The notes below the pieces were generated by a model. The model did not search any database and was not told the DNA's origin. It saw nothing but the letters and a program-made list of their open reading frames with translations. Source: Eledone cirrhosa (lineage: Eukaryota). From it: a stretch of 64,000 bases of DNA. The stretch covers positions 167,586,001-167,650,000 of the forward strand of contig OZ024742.1 in NCBI GenBank assembly GCA_964016885.1, read 5' to 3'. The position numbers were made by a program, and so were the translations under genes. Every line of letters starts with the position of its first letter. Within the stretch, counting starts at the first letter, position 1. Shown in pieces: positions 1 through 11,900 of the stretch.

Positions 1-94
1 TGTAAAAAAAATCAGGGCTAGATAATTTGTAAAAAAAAATCAGGGGAAGATAATTTGTAAAAAAAAATCAGGGGGAGATAATTTGTAAAAAAAT

Positions 95-260
95 CAAGGG
101 GAGATAATATGCAGCCGTCCAAGGGGAGATAATTTTCAGCCGTCCAAGGAGAGGTAATTTCTAGCCGTCCAAGGGGAGATAATTTCCAGCCGTCCAAGGG
201 GAGATAATTTCCAGCCGTCCAAGGGGAGATAGTTTTTTTAAAAAATCAGCCGGAGATAAT
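95..260 (+). repeat. Cassette M1 (AATATGCAGCC / TTTTCAGCC / GGAGAGGTAATTTCTAG / A / A / GATAGTTTTTT)
   Basis: The same ordered variants recur at ~2200, 2965, 6080, 8150, 11390, 15075, 17070, 20190, 20455, 22530 and later. Confidence 0.92.
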
Positions 261-359
261 TTGTAAAAAAAAAATCAGGGGGAGATAATTTGTAAAAAAA
301 AATCAGAGGGAGATAATTTGTAAAAAAAAATCAGGGGGAGATAATTTGTAAAAAAAATC

Positions 360-495
360 AAGGGGAGATAATTTCCAGCCCTCCAAGGGAAGATAATTTC
401 CAGCCCTCGAAGGGGCTATAATTTCCAGCGTCCAAGGGGAGATAATTTCCAGCCAGCGAAGGGGAGATAATTTTTTTAAAAAAATCATTGGGAGA
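360..495 (+). repeat. Cassette M2 (GGGAAGAT / GGGGCTATA 24-bp unit / CCAGCCAGCGAA)
   Basis: GGGGCTATAATTTCCAG(C/T)GTCC followed by CCAGCCAGCGAAGG recurs at ~410, 1560, 3960, 4865, 5480, 6390, 7510 and throughout. Confidence 0.92.
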
Positions 496-537
496 TTTGT
501 AAAAAAAATCAGGGGGAGATAATTAGTAAAAAAAATC

Positions 538-765
538 AAGGGGAGATAATTTCCAGCCGTCCAAGGGGAGGTAATATCTAGCCGTCCAAGGGGAGATAAT
601 TTCCAGCCGTCCAAGGGGAGATAATTTCCAGCCGTCCAAGGGTAGATAATATCCAGCCGTCCAAGTAGACATTTTCCAGCCGTCCAAGGAGAGGTAATTT
701 CTAGCCGTCCAAGGGCAGATAAATTCCAGCCTCCAAGGGGAGATAATTTCCAGCCAGCCAAGGGG
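538..765 (+). repeat. Cassette M3 (GGGGAGGTAATATCTAG ... GGGTAGATAATATCC / AAG(T/G)AGACAT(AT)TTTCC / GGAGAGGT / GATAAATTCCAGCCTCC / CCAGCCAGCC)
   Basis: A nine-unit A run with the same ordered variants recurs at ~2495, 3230, 4085, 6515, 8445, 8915, 9770, 11970 and later. Confidence 0.92.
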
Positions 766-950
766 AGATAATTTGTAAAAAAATCAGGGGGAGATAATTT
801 GTAAAAAAAATCAGGGGGAGATAATTTGTAAAAAAAAATCAGGGGGAGATAATTTGTAAAAAAAAATCAGGGGGAGATAATTTGTAAAAAAAAATCAGGG
901 GGAGATAATTTGTAAAAAAAAATCAGGGGGAGATAATTTCTAAAAAAATC

Positions 951-1130
951 AAGGGGAGATAATTTCCAGCCGTCCAAGGGGAGATAATTTTCAGCCGTCC
1001 AAGGGGAGATAATTTCCAGCCGTCCAAGGGGAGATAATTTCCATCCTTCCAAGGGGAGATAATTTCCAGCCGTCCAAGGGGAGATAATTTTCAGCCGTCC
1101 AAGGGGAGATAATTTCCCGCCAGCCAAGGG
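951..1130 (+). repeat. Representative run of type A monomers (consensus GGGGAGATAATTTCCAGCCGTCCAA, 25 bp), CCATCCTTCC/CCCGCCAGCC cassette
   Basis: Seven consecutive 25-bp units (AAGGGG at 951, 976, 1001, ...) with point variants TTTTCAGCC, CCATCCTTCC and a terminal CCCGCCAGCC. Confidence 0.97.
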
Positions 1131-1684
1131 AAGATAATATTTTAAAAAATCAGGCGGAGATAATTTGTAAAAAAAATCAGGGGGAGATAATTTGTAAAAA
1201 AATCAGGGGGAGATAATTTGTAAAAAAAAAATCAGGGGGAGATAATTTGTAAAAAAAATCAGGGGGAGATAATTTGTAAAAAAAAATCAGGGGTAGATAA
1301 TTTGTAAAAAAAAATCAGGGGGAGATAATTTGTAAAAAAAAAATCAGGGGGAGATAATTTGTAAAAAAAATCAAGGGGAGATAATTTCCAGCCGTCCAAG
1401 GAGAGATAATTTTTTAAAAAAATCAGGCGGAGATAATTTGTAAAAAAAAATCAAGGGGAGATAATTTGTAAAAAAAAATCAAGGGGAGATAATTTGTAAA
1501 AAAAATCAAGGGGAGATAATTTCCAGCCGTCCAAGGGAAGATAATTTCCAGCACTCCAAGGGGCTATAATTTCCAGTGTCCAAGGGGAGATAATTTCCAG
1601 CCAGCGAAGGGGAGATAATTTTTTTTAAAAAATCAGGGGGAGATATGTAAAAAAAATCAGAGGGAGATAATTTCTAAAAAAAAT

Positions 1685-2030
1685 CAAAGGGAGATAATTT
1701 CCAGCCGTCCAAAGAGAGATAATTTCTAGCCGTCCAAGGGGAGATAATTTCCAGCCAAGGGGAGATAATTTCCAGCCGTCCAAGGGGAGATAATTATTTA
1801 AAAAATCAGGTGGAGATAATTTGTAAAAAAAATCAGGGGGAGATAATTTGTAAAAACAAAATCAAGGGCAGATAATTTCCAGCTGTCCAAGGGGAGATAA
1901 TTTCCAGCCGTGCAAGGGGAGATAATTTCCAGCCGTCCAAGGGGAGATAATTTCCATCCTTCCAAGGGGAGATAATGTCCAGCCGTCCAAGGGGAGATAA
2001 TTTCCCGCCAGCCAAGGGAAGATAATTTTT
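1685..2030 (+). repeat. Cassettes M5+M6 (AAAGAGAG / 21-bp CCAGCCAA unit; then AAAACAAAATCAAGGGCAG / GCTGTCC / GTGCAA / CCAT(C/A)CTTCC / CCCGCC)
   Basis: The marker ACAAAATCAAGGGCAGAT occurs at ~1855, 5162, 5722, 7807, 10960, 11760, 14695, 16720, 22184, 25337 and later. Confidence 0.92.
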
Positions 2031-2719
2031 AAAAAAATCAGGCGGAGATTGTAAAAAAAATCAGGGGGAGATAATTTGTAAAAAAAAAATCAGGGGGAGA
2101 TAATTTGTAAAAAAAATCAGGGGTAGATAATTTGTAAAAAAAAATCAGGGGGAGATAATTTGTAAAAAAAAATCAGGGGGAGATAATTTCTAAAAAAATC
2201 AAGGGGAGATAATATGCAGCCGTCCAAGGGGAGATAATTTTCAGCCGTCCAAGGAGAGGTAATTTCTAGCCGTCCAAGGGGAGATAATTTCCAGCCGTCC
2301 AAGGGGAGATAATTTCCAGCCGTCCAAGGGGAGATAGTTTTTTTAAAAAAATCAGGCGGAGATAATTTGTAAAAAAAAAATCAGGGGGAGATAATTTGTA
2401 AAAAAAAATCAGGGGGAGATAATTTGTGAAAAAAAAATCAGGGGGAGATAATTTGTAAAAAAAATCAGGGGGAGATAATTAGTAAAAAAAATCAAGGGGA
2501 GATAATTTCCAGCCGTCCAAGGGGAGGTAATATCTAGCCGTCCAAGGGGAGATAATTTCCAGCCGTCCAAGGGGAGATAATTTCCAGCCGTCCAAGGGTA
2601 GATAATATCCAGCCGTCCAAGTAGACATATTTTCCAGCCGTCCAAGGAGAGGTAATTTCTAGCCGTCCAAGGGGAGATAAATTCCAGCCTCCAAGGGGAG
2701 ATAATTTCCAGCCAGCCAA

Positions 2720-2965
2720 GGGGAGATAATTTGTAAAAAAATCAGGGGAGATAATTTGTAAAAAAAATCAGGGGGAGATAATTTGTAAAAAAAAATCAGG
2801 GGGAGATAATTTGTAAAAAAAAATCAGGGGGAGATAATTTGTAAAAAAAATCAGGGGGAGATAATTTGTAAAAAAAAATCAGGGGGAGATAATTTGTAAA
2901 AAAAAATCAGGGGGAGATAATTTGTAAAAAAAAATCAGGGGGAGATAATTTGTAAAAAAAATCAA
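2720..2965 (+). repeat. Representative run of type B monomers (GGGGAGATAATTTGT-A7-10-TCAG, ~27 bp)
   Basis: About nine consecutive units differing mainly in A-tract length. The last ends in TCAA before the next A run. Confidence 0.97.
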
Positions 2966-5900
2966 GGGGAGATAATATGCAGCCGTCCAAGGGGAGATAA
3001 TTTTCAGCCGTCCAAGGAGAGGTAATTTCTAGCCGTCCAAGGGGAGATAATTTCCAGCCGTCCAAGGGGAGATAATTTCCAGCCGTCCAAGGGGAGATAG
3101 TTTTTTTAAAAAATCAGCCGGAGATAATTTGTAAAAAAAAAATCAGGGGGAGATAATTTGTAAAAAAAAATCAGGGGGAGATAATTTGTAAAAAAAAATC
3201 AGGGGGAGATAATTTGTAAAAAAAATCAAGGGGAGATAATTTCCAGCCGTCCAAGGGGAGATAATTTCCAGCCGTCCAAGGGGAGGTAATATCTAGCCGT
3301 CCAAGGGGAGATAATTTCCAGCCGTCCAAGAGGAGATAATTTCCAGCCGTCCAAGGGTAGATAATATCCAGCCGTCCAAGGAGACATATTTTCCAGCCGT
3401 CCAAGGAGAGGTAATTTCTAGCCGTCCAAGGGGAGATAAATTCCAGCCTCCAAGGGGAGATAATTTGTAAAAAAATCAGGGGGAGATAATTTGTAAAAAA
3501 AATCAGGGGGAGATAATTTGTAAAAAAAAATCAGGGGGAGATAATTTGTAAAAAAAATCAGGGGGAGATAATTTGTAAAAAAAAATCAAGGGGAGATAAT
3601 TTCCAGCCGTCCAAGGGGAGATAATTTTCAGCCGCCCAAGGGGAGATAATTTCCCGCCAGCCAAGGGAAGATAATATTTAAAAAATCAGGCGGAGATAAT
3701 TTGTAAAAAAAATCAGGGGGAGATAATTTGTAAAAAAATCAGGGGGAGATAATTTGTAAAAAAAAAATCAGGGGGAGATAATTTGTAAAAAAAATCAGGG
3801 GGAGATGATTTGTAAAAAAAATCAGGGGTAGATAATTTGTAAAAAGAAATCAGGGGGAGATAATTTGTAAAAAAAAATCAGGGGGAGATAATTTGTAAAA
3901 AAAATCAAGAGGAGATAATTTCCAGCCGTCGAAGGGAAGATAGTTTCCAGCCCTCCAAGGGGCTATAATTTCCAGCGTCCAAGGGGAGATAATTTCCAGC
4001 CAGCGAAGGGGAGATAATTTTTTAAAAAAATCATTGGGAGATTTGTAAAAAAAATCAGGGGGAGATAATTGGTAAAAAAAATCAAGGGGAGATAATTTCC
4101 AGCCGTCCAAGGGGAGGTAATATCTAGCCGTCCAAGGGGAGATAATTTCCAGCCGTCCAAGGGGAGATAATTTCCAGCCGTCCAAGGGTAGATAATATCC
4201 AGCCGTCCAAGTAGACATTTTCCAGCCGTCCAAGGAGAGGTAATTTCTAGCCGTCCAAGGGGAGATAAATTCCAGCCTCCAAGGGGAGATAATTTCCAGC
4301 CAGCCAAGGGGAGATAATTTGTAAAAAAATCAGGGGGAGATAATTTGTAAAAAAAATCAGGGGGAGATAATTTGTAAAAAAAATCAAGGGGAGATAATTT
4401 CCAGCCGTCCAAGGGGAGATAATTTTCAGCCGTCCAAGGGGAGATAATTTCCCGCCAGCCAAGGGAAGATAATATTTAAAAAAATCAGGCGGAGATAATT
4501 TGTAAAAAAAATCAGGGGGAGATAATTTGTAAAAAAATCAGGGGGAGTTAATTTGTAAAAAAAAAATCAGGGGGAGATAATTTGTAAAAAAAATCAGGGG
4601 GAGATAATTTGTAAAAAAAAATCAGGGGGAGATAATTTGTAAAAAAAAATCAGGGGGAGATAATTTGTAAAAAAAATCAAGGGGAGATAATTTCCAGCCG
4701 TCCAAGGAGAGATAATTTAAAAAAAAAATCAGGCGGAGATAATTTGTAAAAAAAAATCAAGGGGAGATAATTTGTAAAAAAAAATCAGGGGGAGATAATT
4801 TGTAAAAAAAATCAAGGGGAGATAATTTCCAGCCGTCCAAGGGAAGATAATTTCCAGCACTCCAAGGGGCTATAATTTCCAGTGTCCAAGGGGAGATAAT
4901 TTCCAGCCAGCGAAGGGGAGATAATTTTTTTTAAAAAATCAGGGGGAGATATGTAAAAAAAATCAGAGGGAGATAATTTCTAAAAAAAATCAAAGGGAGA
5001 TAATTTCCAGCCGTCCAAAGAGAGATAATTTCTAGCCGTCCAAGGGGAGATAATTTCCAGCCAAGGGGAGATAATATCCAGCCGTCCAAGGGGAGATAAT
5101 TTTTTAAAAAATCAGGTGGAGATAATTTGTAAAAAAAATCAGGGGGAGATAATTTGTAAAAACAAAATCAAGGGCAGATAATTTCCAGCTGTCCAAGGGG
5201 AGATAATTTCCAGCCGTGCAAGGGGAGATAATTTCCAGCCGTCCAAGGGGAGATAATTTCCATCCTTCCAAGGGGAGATAATCTCCAGCCGTCCAAGGGG
5301 AGATAATTTCCCGCCAGCCAAGGGAAGATAATTTTTAAAAAAATCAGGCGGAGATAATTTGTAAAAAAAATCAAGGGGAGATAATTTGTAAAAAAAAATC
5401 AGGGGGAGATAATTTGTAAAAAAAATCAAGGGGAGATAATTTCCAGCCGTCCAAGGGAAGATAATTTCCAGCACTCCAAGGGGCTATAATTTCCAGTGTC
5501 CAAGGGGAGATAATTTCCAGCCAGCGAAGGGGAGATAATTTTTTTAAAAAAATCAGGGGGAGATATGTAAAAAAAATCAGAGGGAGATAATTTCCAGCCG
5601 TCCAAAGAGAGATAATTTCTAGCCGTCCAAGGGGAGAAAATTTCCAGCCAAGGGGAGATAATTTCCAGCCGTCCAAGGGGAGATAATTTTTTAAAAAATC
5701 AGGGGGAGATAATTTGTAAAAACAAAATCAAGGGCAGATAATTTCCAGCTGTCCAAGGGGAGATAGTTTCCAGCCGTGCAAGGGGAGATAATTTCCAGCC
5801 GTCCAAGGGGAGATAATTTCCATACTTCCAAGGGGAGATAATTTCCAGCCGTCCAAGGGGAGATAATTTCCCGCCAGCCAAGGGAAGATAATTTGTAAAA

Positions 5901-8900
5901 AAATCAGGGGGAGATAATTTGTAAAAAAAAAATCAGGGGGAGATAATTTGTAAAAAAAAATCAGGGGGAGATAATTTGTAAAAAAAAAATCAGGGGTAGA
6001 TAATTTGTAAAAAAAATCAGGGCTAGATAATTTGTAAAAAAAAATCAGGGGGAGATAATTTGTAAAAAAAAATCAGGGGGAGATAATATGCAGCCGTCCA
6101 AGGGGAGATAATTTTCAGCCGTCCAAGGAGAGGTAATTTCTAGCCGTCCAAGGGGAGATAATTTCCAGCCGTCCAAGGGGAGATAATTTCCAGCCGTCCA
6201 AGGGGAGATAGTTTTTTTAAAAAATCAGCCGGAGATAATTTGTAAAAAAAAAATCAGGGGGAGATAATTTGTTAAAAAAAATCAGGGGGAGATAATTTGT
6301 AAAAAAAAATCAGGGGGAGATAATTTGTAAAAAAAATCAAGGGGAGATAATTTCCAGCCGTCCAAGGGAAGATAATTTCCAGCCCTCGAAGGGGCTATAA
6401 TTTCCAGCGTCCAAGGGGAGATAATTTCCAGCCAGCGAAGGGGAGATAATTTTTTAAAAAAAATCATTGGGAGATTTGTAAAAAAAATCAGGGGGAGATA
6501 ATTAGTAAAAAAAATCAAGGGGAGATAATTTCCAGCCGTCCAAGGGGAGGTAATATCTAGCCGTCCAAGGGGAGATAATTTCCAGCCGTCCAAGGGGAGA
6601 TAATTTCCAGCCGTCCAAGGGTAGATAATATCCAGCCGTCCAAGTAGACATTTTCCAGCCGTCCAAGGAGAGGTAATTTCTAGCCGTCCAAGGGGAGATA
6701 AATTCCAGCCTCCAAAGGGAGATAATTTCCAGCCAGCCAAGGGGAGATAATTTGTAAAAAAATCAGGGGGAGATAATTTGTAAAAAAAATCAGGGGGAGA
6801 TAATTTGTAAACAAAAATCAGGGGGAGATAATTTGTAAAAAAAATCAGGGGGAGATAATTTGTAAAAAAAATCAGGGGGAGATAATTTGTAAAAAAAAAT
6901 CAAGGGGAGATAATTTCCAGCCGTCCAAGGGGAGATAATTTTCAGCCGTCCAAGGGGAGATAATTTCCAGCCGTCCAAGGGGAGATAATTTCCATCCTTC
7001 CAAGGGGAGATAATTTCCAGCCGTCCAAGGGGAGATAATTTTCAGCCGTCCAAGGGGAGATAATTTCCCGCCAGCCAAGGGAAGATAATATTTTAAAAAA
7101 TCAGGCGGAGATAATTTGTAAAAAAAATCAGGGGGAGATAATTTGTAAAAAAATTAGGGGGAGATAATTTGTAAAAAAAAAATCAGGGGGAGATAATTTG
7201 TAAAAAAAATCAGGGGGAGATAATTTGTAAAAAAAAATCAGGGGTAGATAATTTGTAAAAAAAAATCAGGGGGAGATAATTTGTAAAAAAAAAATCAGGG
7301 GGAGATAATTTGTAAAAAAAATCAAGGGGAGATAATTTCCAGCCGTCCAAGGAGAGATAATTTTTTAAAAAAATCAGGCGGAGATAATTTGTAAAAAAAA
7401 ATCAAGGGGAGATAATTTGTAAAAAAAAATCAAGGGGAGATAATTTGTAAAAAAAATCAAGGGGAGATAATTTCCAGCCGTCCAAGGGAAGATAATTTCC
7501 AGCACTCCAAGGGGCTATAATTTCCAGTGTCCAAGGGGAGATAATTTCCAGCCAGCGAAGGGGAGATAATTTTTTTAAAAAAATCAGGGGGAGATATGTA
7601 AAAAAAATCAGAGGGAGATAATTTCTAAAAAAAATCAAAGGGAGATAATTTCCAGCCGTCCAAAGAGAGATAATTTCTAGCCGTCCAAGGGGAGATAATT
7701 TCCAGCCAAGGGGAGATAATTTCCAGCCGTCCAAGGGGAGATAATTATTTAAAAAATCAGGTGGAGATAATTTGTAAAAAAAATCAGGGGGAGATAATTT
7801 GTAAAAACAAAATCAAGGGCAGATAATTTCCAGCTGTCCAAGGGGAGATAATTTCCAGCCGTGCAAGGGGAGATAATTTCCAGCCGTCCAAGGGGAGATA
7901 ATTTCCATCCTTCCAAGGGGAGATAATGTCCAGCCGTCCAAGGGGAGATAATTTCCCGCCAGCCAAGGGAAGATAATTTTTAAAAAAATCAGGCGGAGAT
8001 TGTAAAAAAAATCAGGGGGAGATAATTTGTAAAAAAAAAATCAGGGGGAGATAATTTGTAAAAAAAATCAGGGGTAGATAATTTGTAAAAAAAAATCAGG
8101 GGGAGATAATTTGTAAAAAAAAATCAGGGGGAGATAATTTCTAAAAAAATCAAGGGGAGATAATATGCAGCCGTCCAAGGGGAGATAATTTTCAGCCGTC
8201 CAAGGAGAGGTAATTTCTAGCCGTCCAAGGGGAGATAATTTCCAGCCGTCCAAGGGGAGATAATTTCCAGCCGTCCAAGGGGAGATAGTTTTTTTAAAAA
8301 AATCATGCGGAGATAATTTGTAAAAAAAAAAATCAGGGGGAGATAATTCGTAAAAAAAATCAGGGGGAGATAATTTGTGAAAAAAAAATCAGGGGGAGAT
8401 AATTTGTAAAAAAAATCAGGGGGAGATAATTAGTAAAAAAAATCAAGGGGAGATAATTTCCAGCCGTCCAAGGGGAGGTAATATCTAGCCGTCCAAGGGG
8501 AGATAATTTCCAGCCGTCCAAGGGGAGATAATTTCCAGCCGTCCAAGGGTAGATAATATCCAGCCGTCCAAGTAGACATATTTTCCAGCCGTCCAAGGAG
8601 AGGTAATTTCTAGCCGTCCAAGGGGAGATAAATTCCAGCCTCCAAGGGGAGATAATTTCCAGCCAGCCAAGGGGAGATAATTTGTAAAAAAATCAGGGGA
8701 GATAATTTGTAAAAAAAATCAGGGGGAGATAATTTGTAAAAAAAAATCAGGGGGAGATAATTTGTAAAAAAAAATCAGGGGGAGATAATTTGTAAAAAAA
8801 ATCAGGGGGAGATAATTTGTAAAAAAAAATCAGGGGGAGATAATTTGTAAAAAAAAATCAGGGGGAGATAATTTGTAAAAAAAAATCAGGGGGAGATAAT

Positions 8901-11900
8901 TTGTAAAAAAAATCAAGGGGAGATAATTTCCAGCCGTCCAAGGGGAGATAATTTCCAGCCGTCCAAGGGGAGGTAATATCTAGCCGTCCAAGGGGAGATA
9001 ATTTCCAGCCGTCCAAGAGGAGATAATTTCCAGCCGTCCAAGGGTAGATAATATCCAGCCGTCCAAGGAGACATATTTTCCAGCCGTCCAAGGAGAGGTA
9101 ATTTCTAGCCGTCCAAGGGGAGATAAATTCCAGCCTCCAAGGGGAGATAATTTGTAAAAAATCAGGGGGAGATAATTTGTAAAAAAAATCAGGGGGAGAT
9201 AATTTGTAAAAAAAAATCAGGGGGAGATAATTTGTAAAAAAAATCAGGGGGAGATAATTTGTAAAAAAAAATCAAGGGGAGATAATTTCCAGCCGTCCAA
9301 GGGGAGATAATTTTCAGCCGCCCAAGGGGAGATAATTTCCCGCCAGCCAAGGGAAGATAATATTTAAAAAATCAGGCGGAGATAATTTGTAAAAAAAATC
9401 AGGGGGAGATAATTTGTAAAAAAATCAGGGGGAGATAATTTGTAAAAAAAAAATCAGGGGGAGATAATTTGTAAAAAAAATCAGGGGGAGATGATTTGTA
9501 AAAAAAATCAGGGGTAGATAATTTGTAAAAAAAAATCAGGGGGAGATAATTTGTAAAAAAAAATCAGGGGGAGATAATTTGTAAAAAAAATCAAGAGGAG
9601 ATAATTTCCAGCCGTCGAAGGGAAGATAGTTTCCAGCCCTCCAAGGGGCTATAATTTCCAGCGTCCAAGGGGAGATAATTTCCAGCCAGCGAAGGGGAGA
9701 TAATTTTTTTAAAAAAATCATTGGGAGATTTGTAAAAAAAATCAGGGGGAGATAATTGGTAAAAAAAATCAAGGGGAGATAATTTCCAGCCGTCCAAGGG
9801 GAGGTAATATCTAGCCGTCCAAGGGGAGATAATTTCCAGCCGTCCAAGGGGAGATAATTTCCAGCCGTCCAAGGGTAGATAATATCCAGCCGTCCAAGTA
9901 GACATTTTCCAGCCGTCCAAGGAGAGGTAATTTCTAGCCGTCCAAGGGGAGATAAATTCCAGCCTCCAAGGGGAGATAATTTCCAGCCAGCCAAGGGGAG
10001 ATAATTTGTAAAAAAATCAGGGGGAGATAATTTGTAAAAAAAATCAGGGGGAGATATTTTGTAAAAAAAAATCAGGGGGAGATAATTTGTAAAAAAAAAT
10101 CAGGGGGAGATAATTTGTAAAAAAAAATCAGGGGGAGATAATTTGTAAAAAAAATCAAGGGGAGATAATTTCCAGCCGTCCAAGGGGAGATAATTTTCAG
10201 ACGTCCAAGGGGAGATAATTTCCCGCCAGCCAAGGGAAGATAATATTTAAAAAAATCAGGCGGAGATAATTTGTAAAAAAAATCAGGGGGAGATAATTTG
10301 TAAAAAAATCAGGGGGAGATAATTTGTAAAAAAAAAATCAGGGGGAGATAATTTGTAAAAAAAATCAGGGGGAGATAATTTGTAAAAAAAAATCAGGGGT
10401 AGATAATTTGTAAAAAAAAATCAGGGGGAGATAATTTGTAAAAAAAAATCAGGGGGAGATAATTTGTAAAAAAAATCAAGGGGAGATAATTTCCAGCCGT
10501 CCAAGGAGAGATAATTTAAAAAAAAAATCAGGCGGAGATAATTTGTAAAAAAAAATCAAGGGGAGATAATTTGTAAAAAAAAATCAGGGGGAGATAATTT
10601 GTAAAAAAAATCAAGGGGAGATAATTTCCAGCCGTCCAAGGGAAGATAATTTCCAGCACTCCAAGGGGCTATAATTTCCAGTGTCCAAGGGGAGATAATT
10701 TCCAGCCAGCGAAGGGGAGATAATTTTTTTAAAAAAATCAGGGGGAGATATGTAAAAAAAATCAGAGGGAGATAATTTCTAAAAAAAATCAAAGGGAGAT
10801 AATTTCCAGCCGTCCAAAGAGAGATAATTTCTAGCCGTCCAAGGGGAGATAATTTCCAGCCAAGGGGAGATAATATCCAGCCGTCCAAGGGGAGATAATT
10901 TTTTAAAAAATCAGGTGGAGATAATTTGTAAAAAAAATCAGGGGGAGATAATTTGTAAAAACAAAATCAAGGGCAGATAATTTCCAGCTGTCCAAGGGGA
11001 GATAATTTCCAGCCGTGCAAGGGGAGATAATTTCCAGCCGTCCAAGGGGAGATAATTTCCATCCTTCCAAGGGGAGATAATCTCCAGCCGTCCAAGGGGA
11101 GATAATTTCCCGCCAGCCAAGGGAAGATAATTTTTAAAAAAATCAGGCGGAGATTGTAAAAAAAATCAGGGGGAGATAATTTGTAAAAAAATCAGGGGGA
11201 GATAATTTGTTAAAAAAAAATCAGGGGAGATAATTTGTAAAAAAAAATCAGGGGGAGATAATTTGTAAAAAAAAATCAGGGGGAGATAATTTGTAAAAAA
11301 AATCAGGGGTAGATAATTTGTAAAAAAAAATCAGGGGGAGATAATTTGTAAAAAAAAATCAGGGGGAGATAATTTGTAAAAAAATCAAGGGTAGATAATA
11401 TGCAGCCGTCCAAGGGGAGATAATTTTCAGCCGTCCAAGGAGAGGTAATTTCTAGCCGTCCAAGGGGAGATAATTTCCAGCCGTCCAAGGGGAGATAATT
11501 TCCAGCCGTCCAAGGGGAGATAGTTTTTTTTAAAAAATCAGGGGGAGATTTGTAAAAAAAATCAGGGGGAGATAATTTGTAAAAAAAATCAAAGGGAGAT
11601 AATTTCCAGCCGTCCAAAGAGAGATAATTTCTAGCCGTCCAAGGGGAGATAATTTCGAGCCAAGGGGAGATAATTTCCAGCCGTCCAAGGGGAGATAATT
11701 TTTTAAAAAATCAGGTGGAGATAATTTGTAAAAAAAATCAGGGGGAGATAATTTGTAAAAACAAAATCAAGGGCAGATAATTTCCAGCTGTCCAAGGGGA
11801 GATAATTTCCAGCCGTGCAAGGGGAGATAATTTCCAGCCGTCCAAGGGGAGATAATTTCCCGCCAGCGAAGAGAAGATAATTTTTTAAAAAATCAGGCGG

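Noticed and set aside
951-1130. NF-kB/Rel site in GGGGAGATAATTTCC
   Set aside because: The spacing between GGG and TTCC is longer than in the 10-11 bp GGGRNNYYCC consensus.
2720-2965. Intrinsically bent DNA from phased A-tracts
   Set aside because: Tract spacing of 26-29 bp is about 2.5-2.8 helical turns, out of phase with 10.5 bp, so bends would not add coherently.
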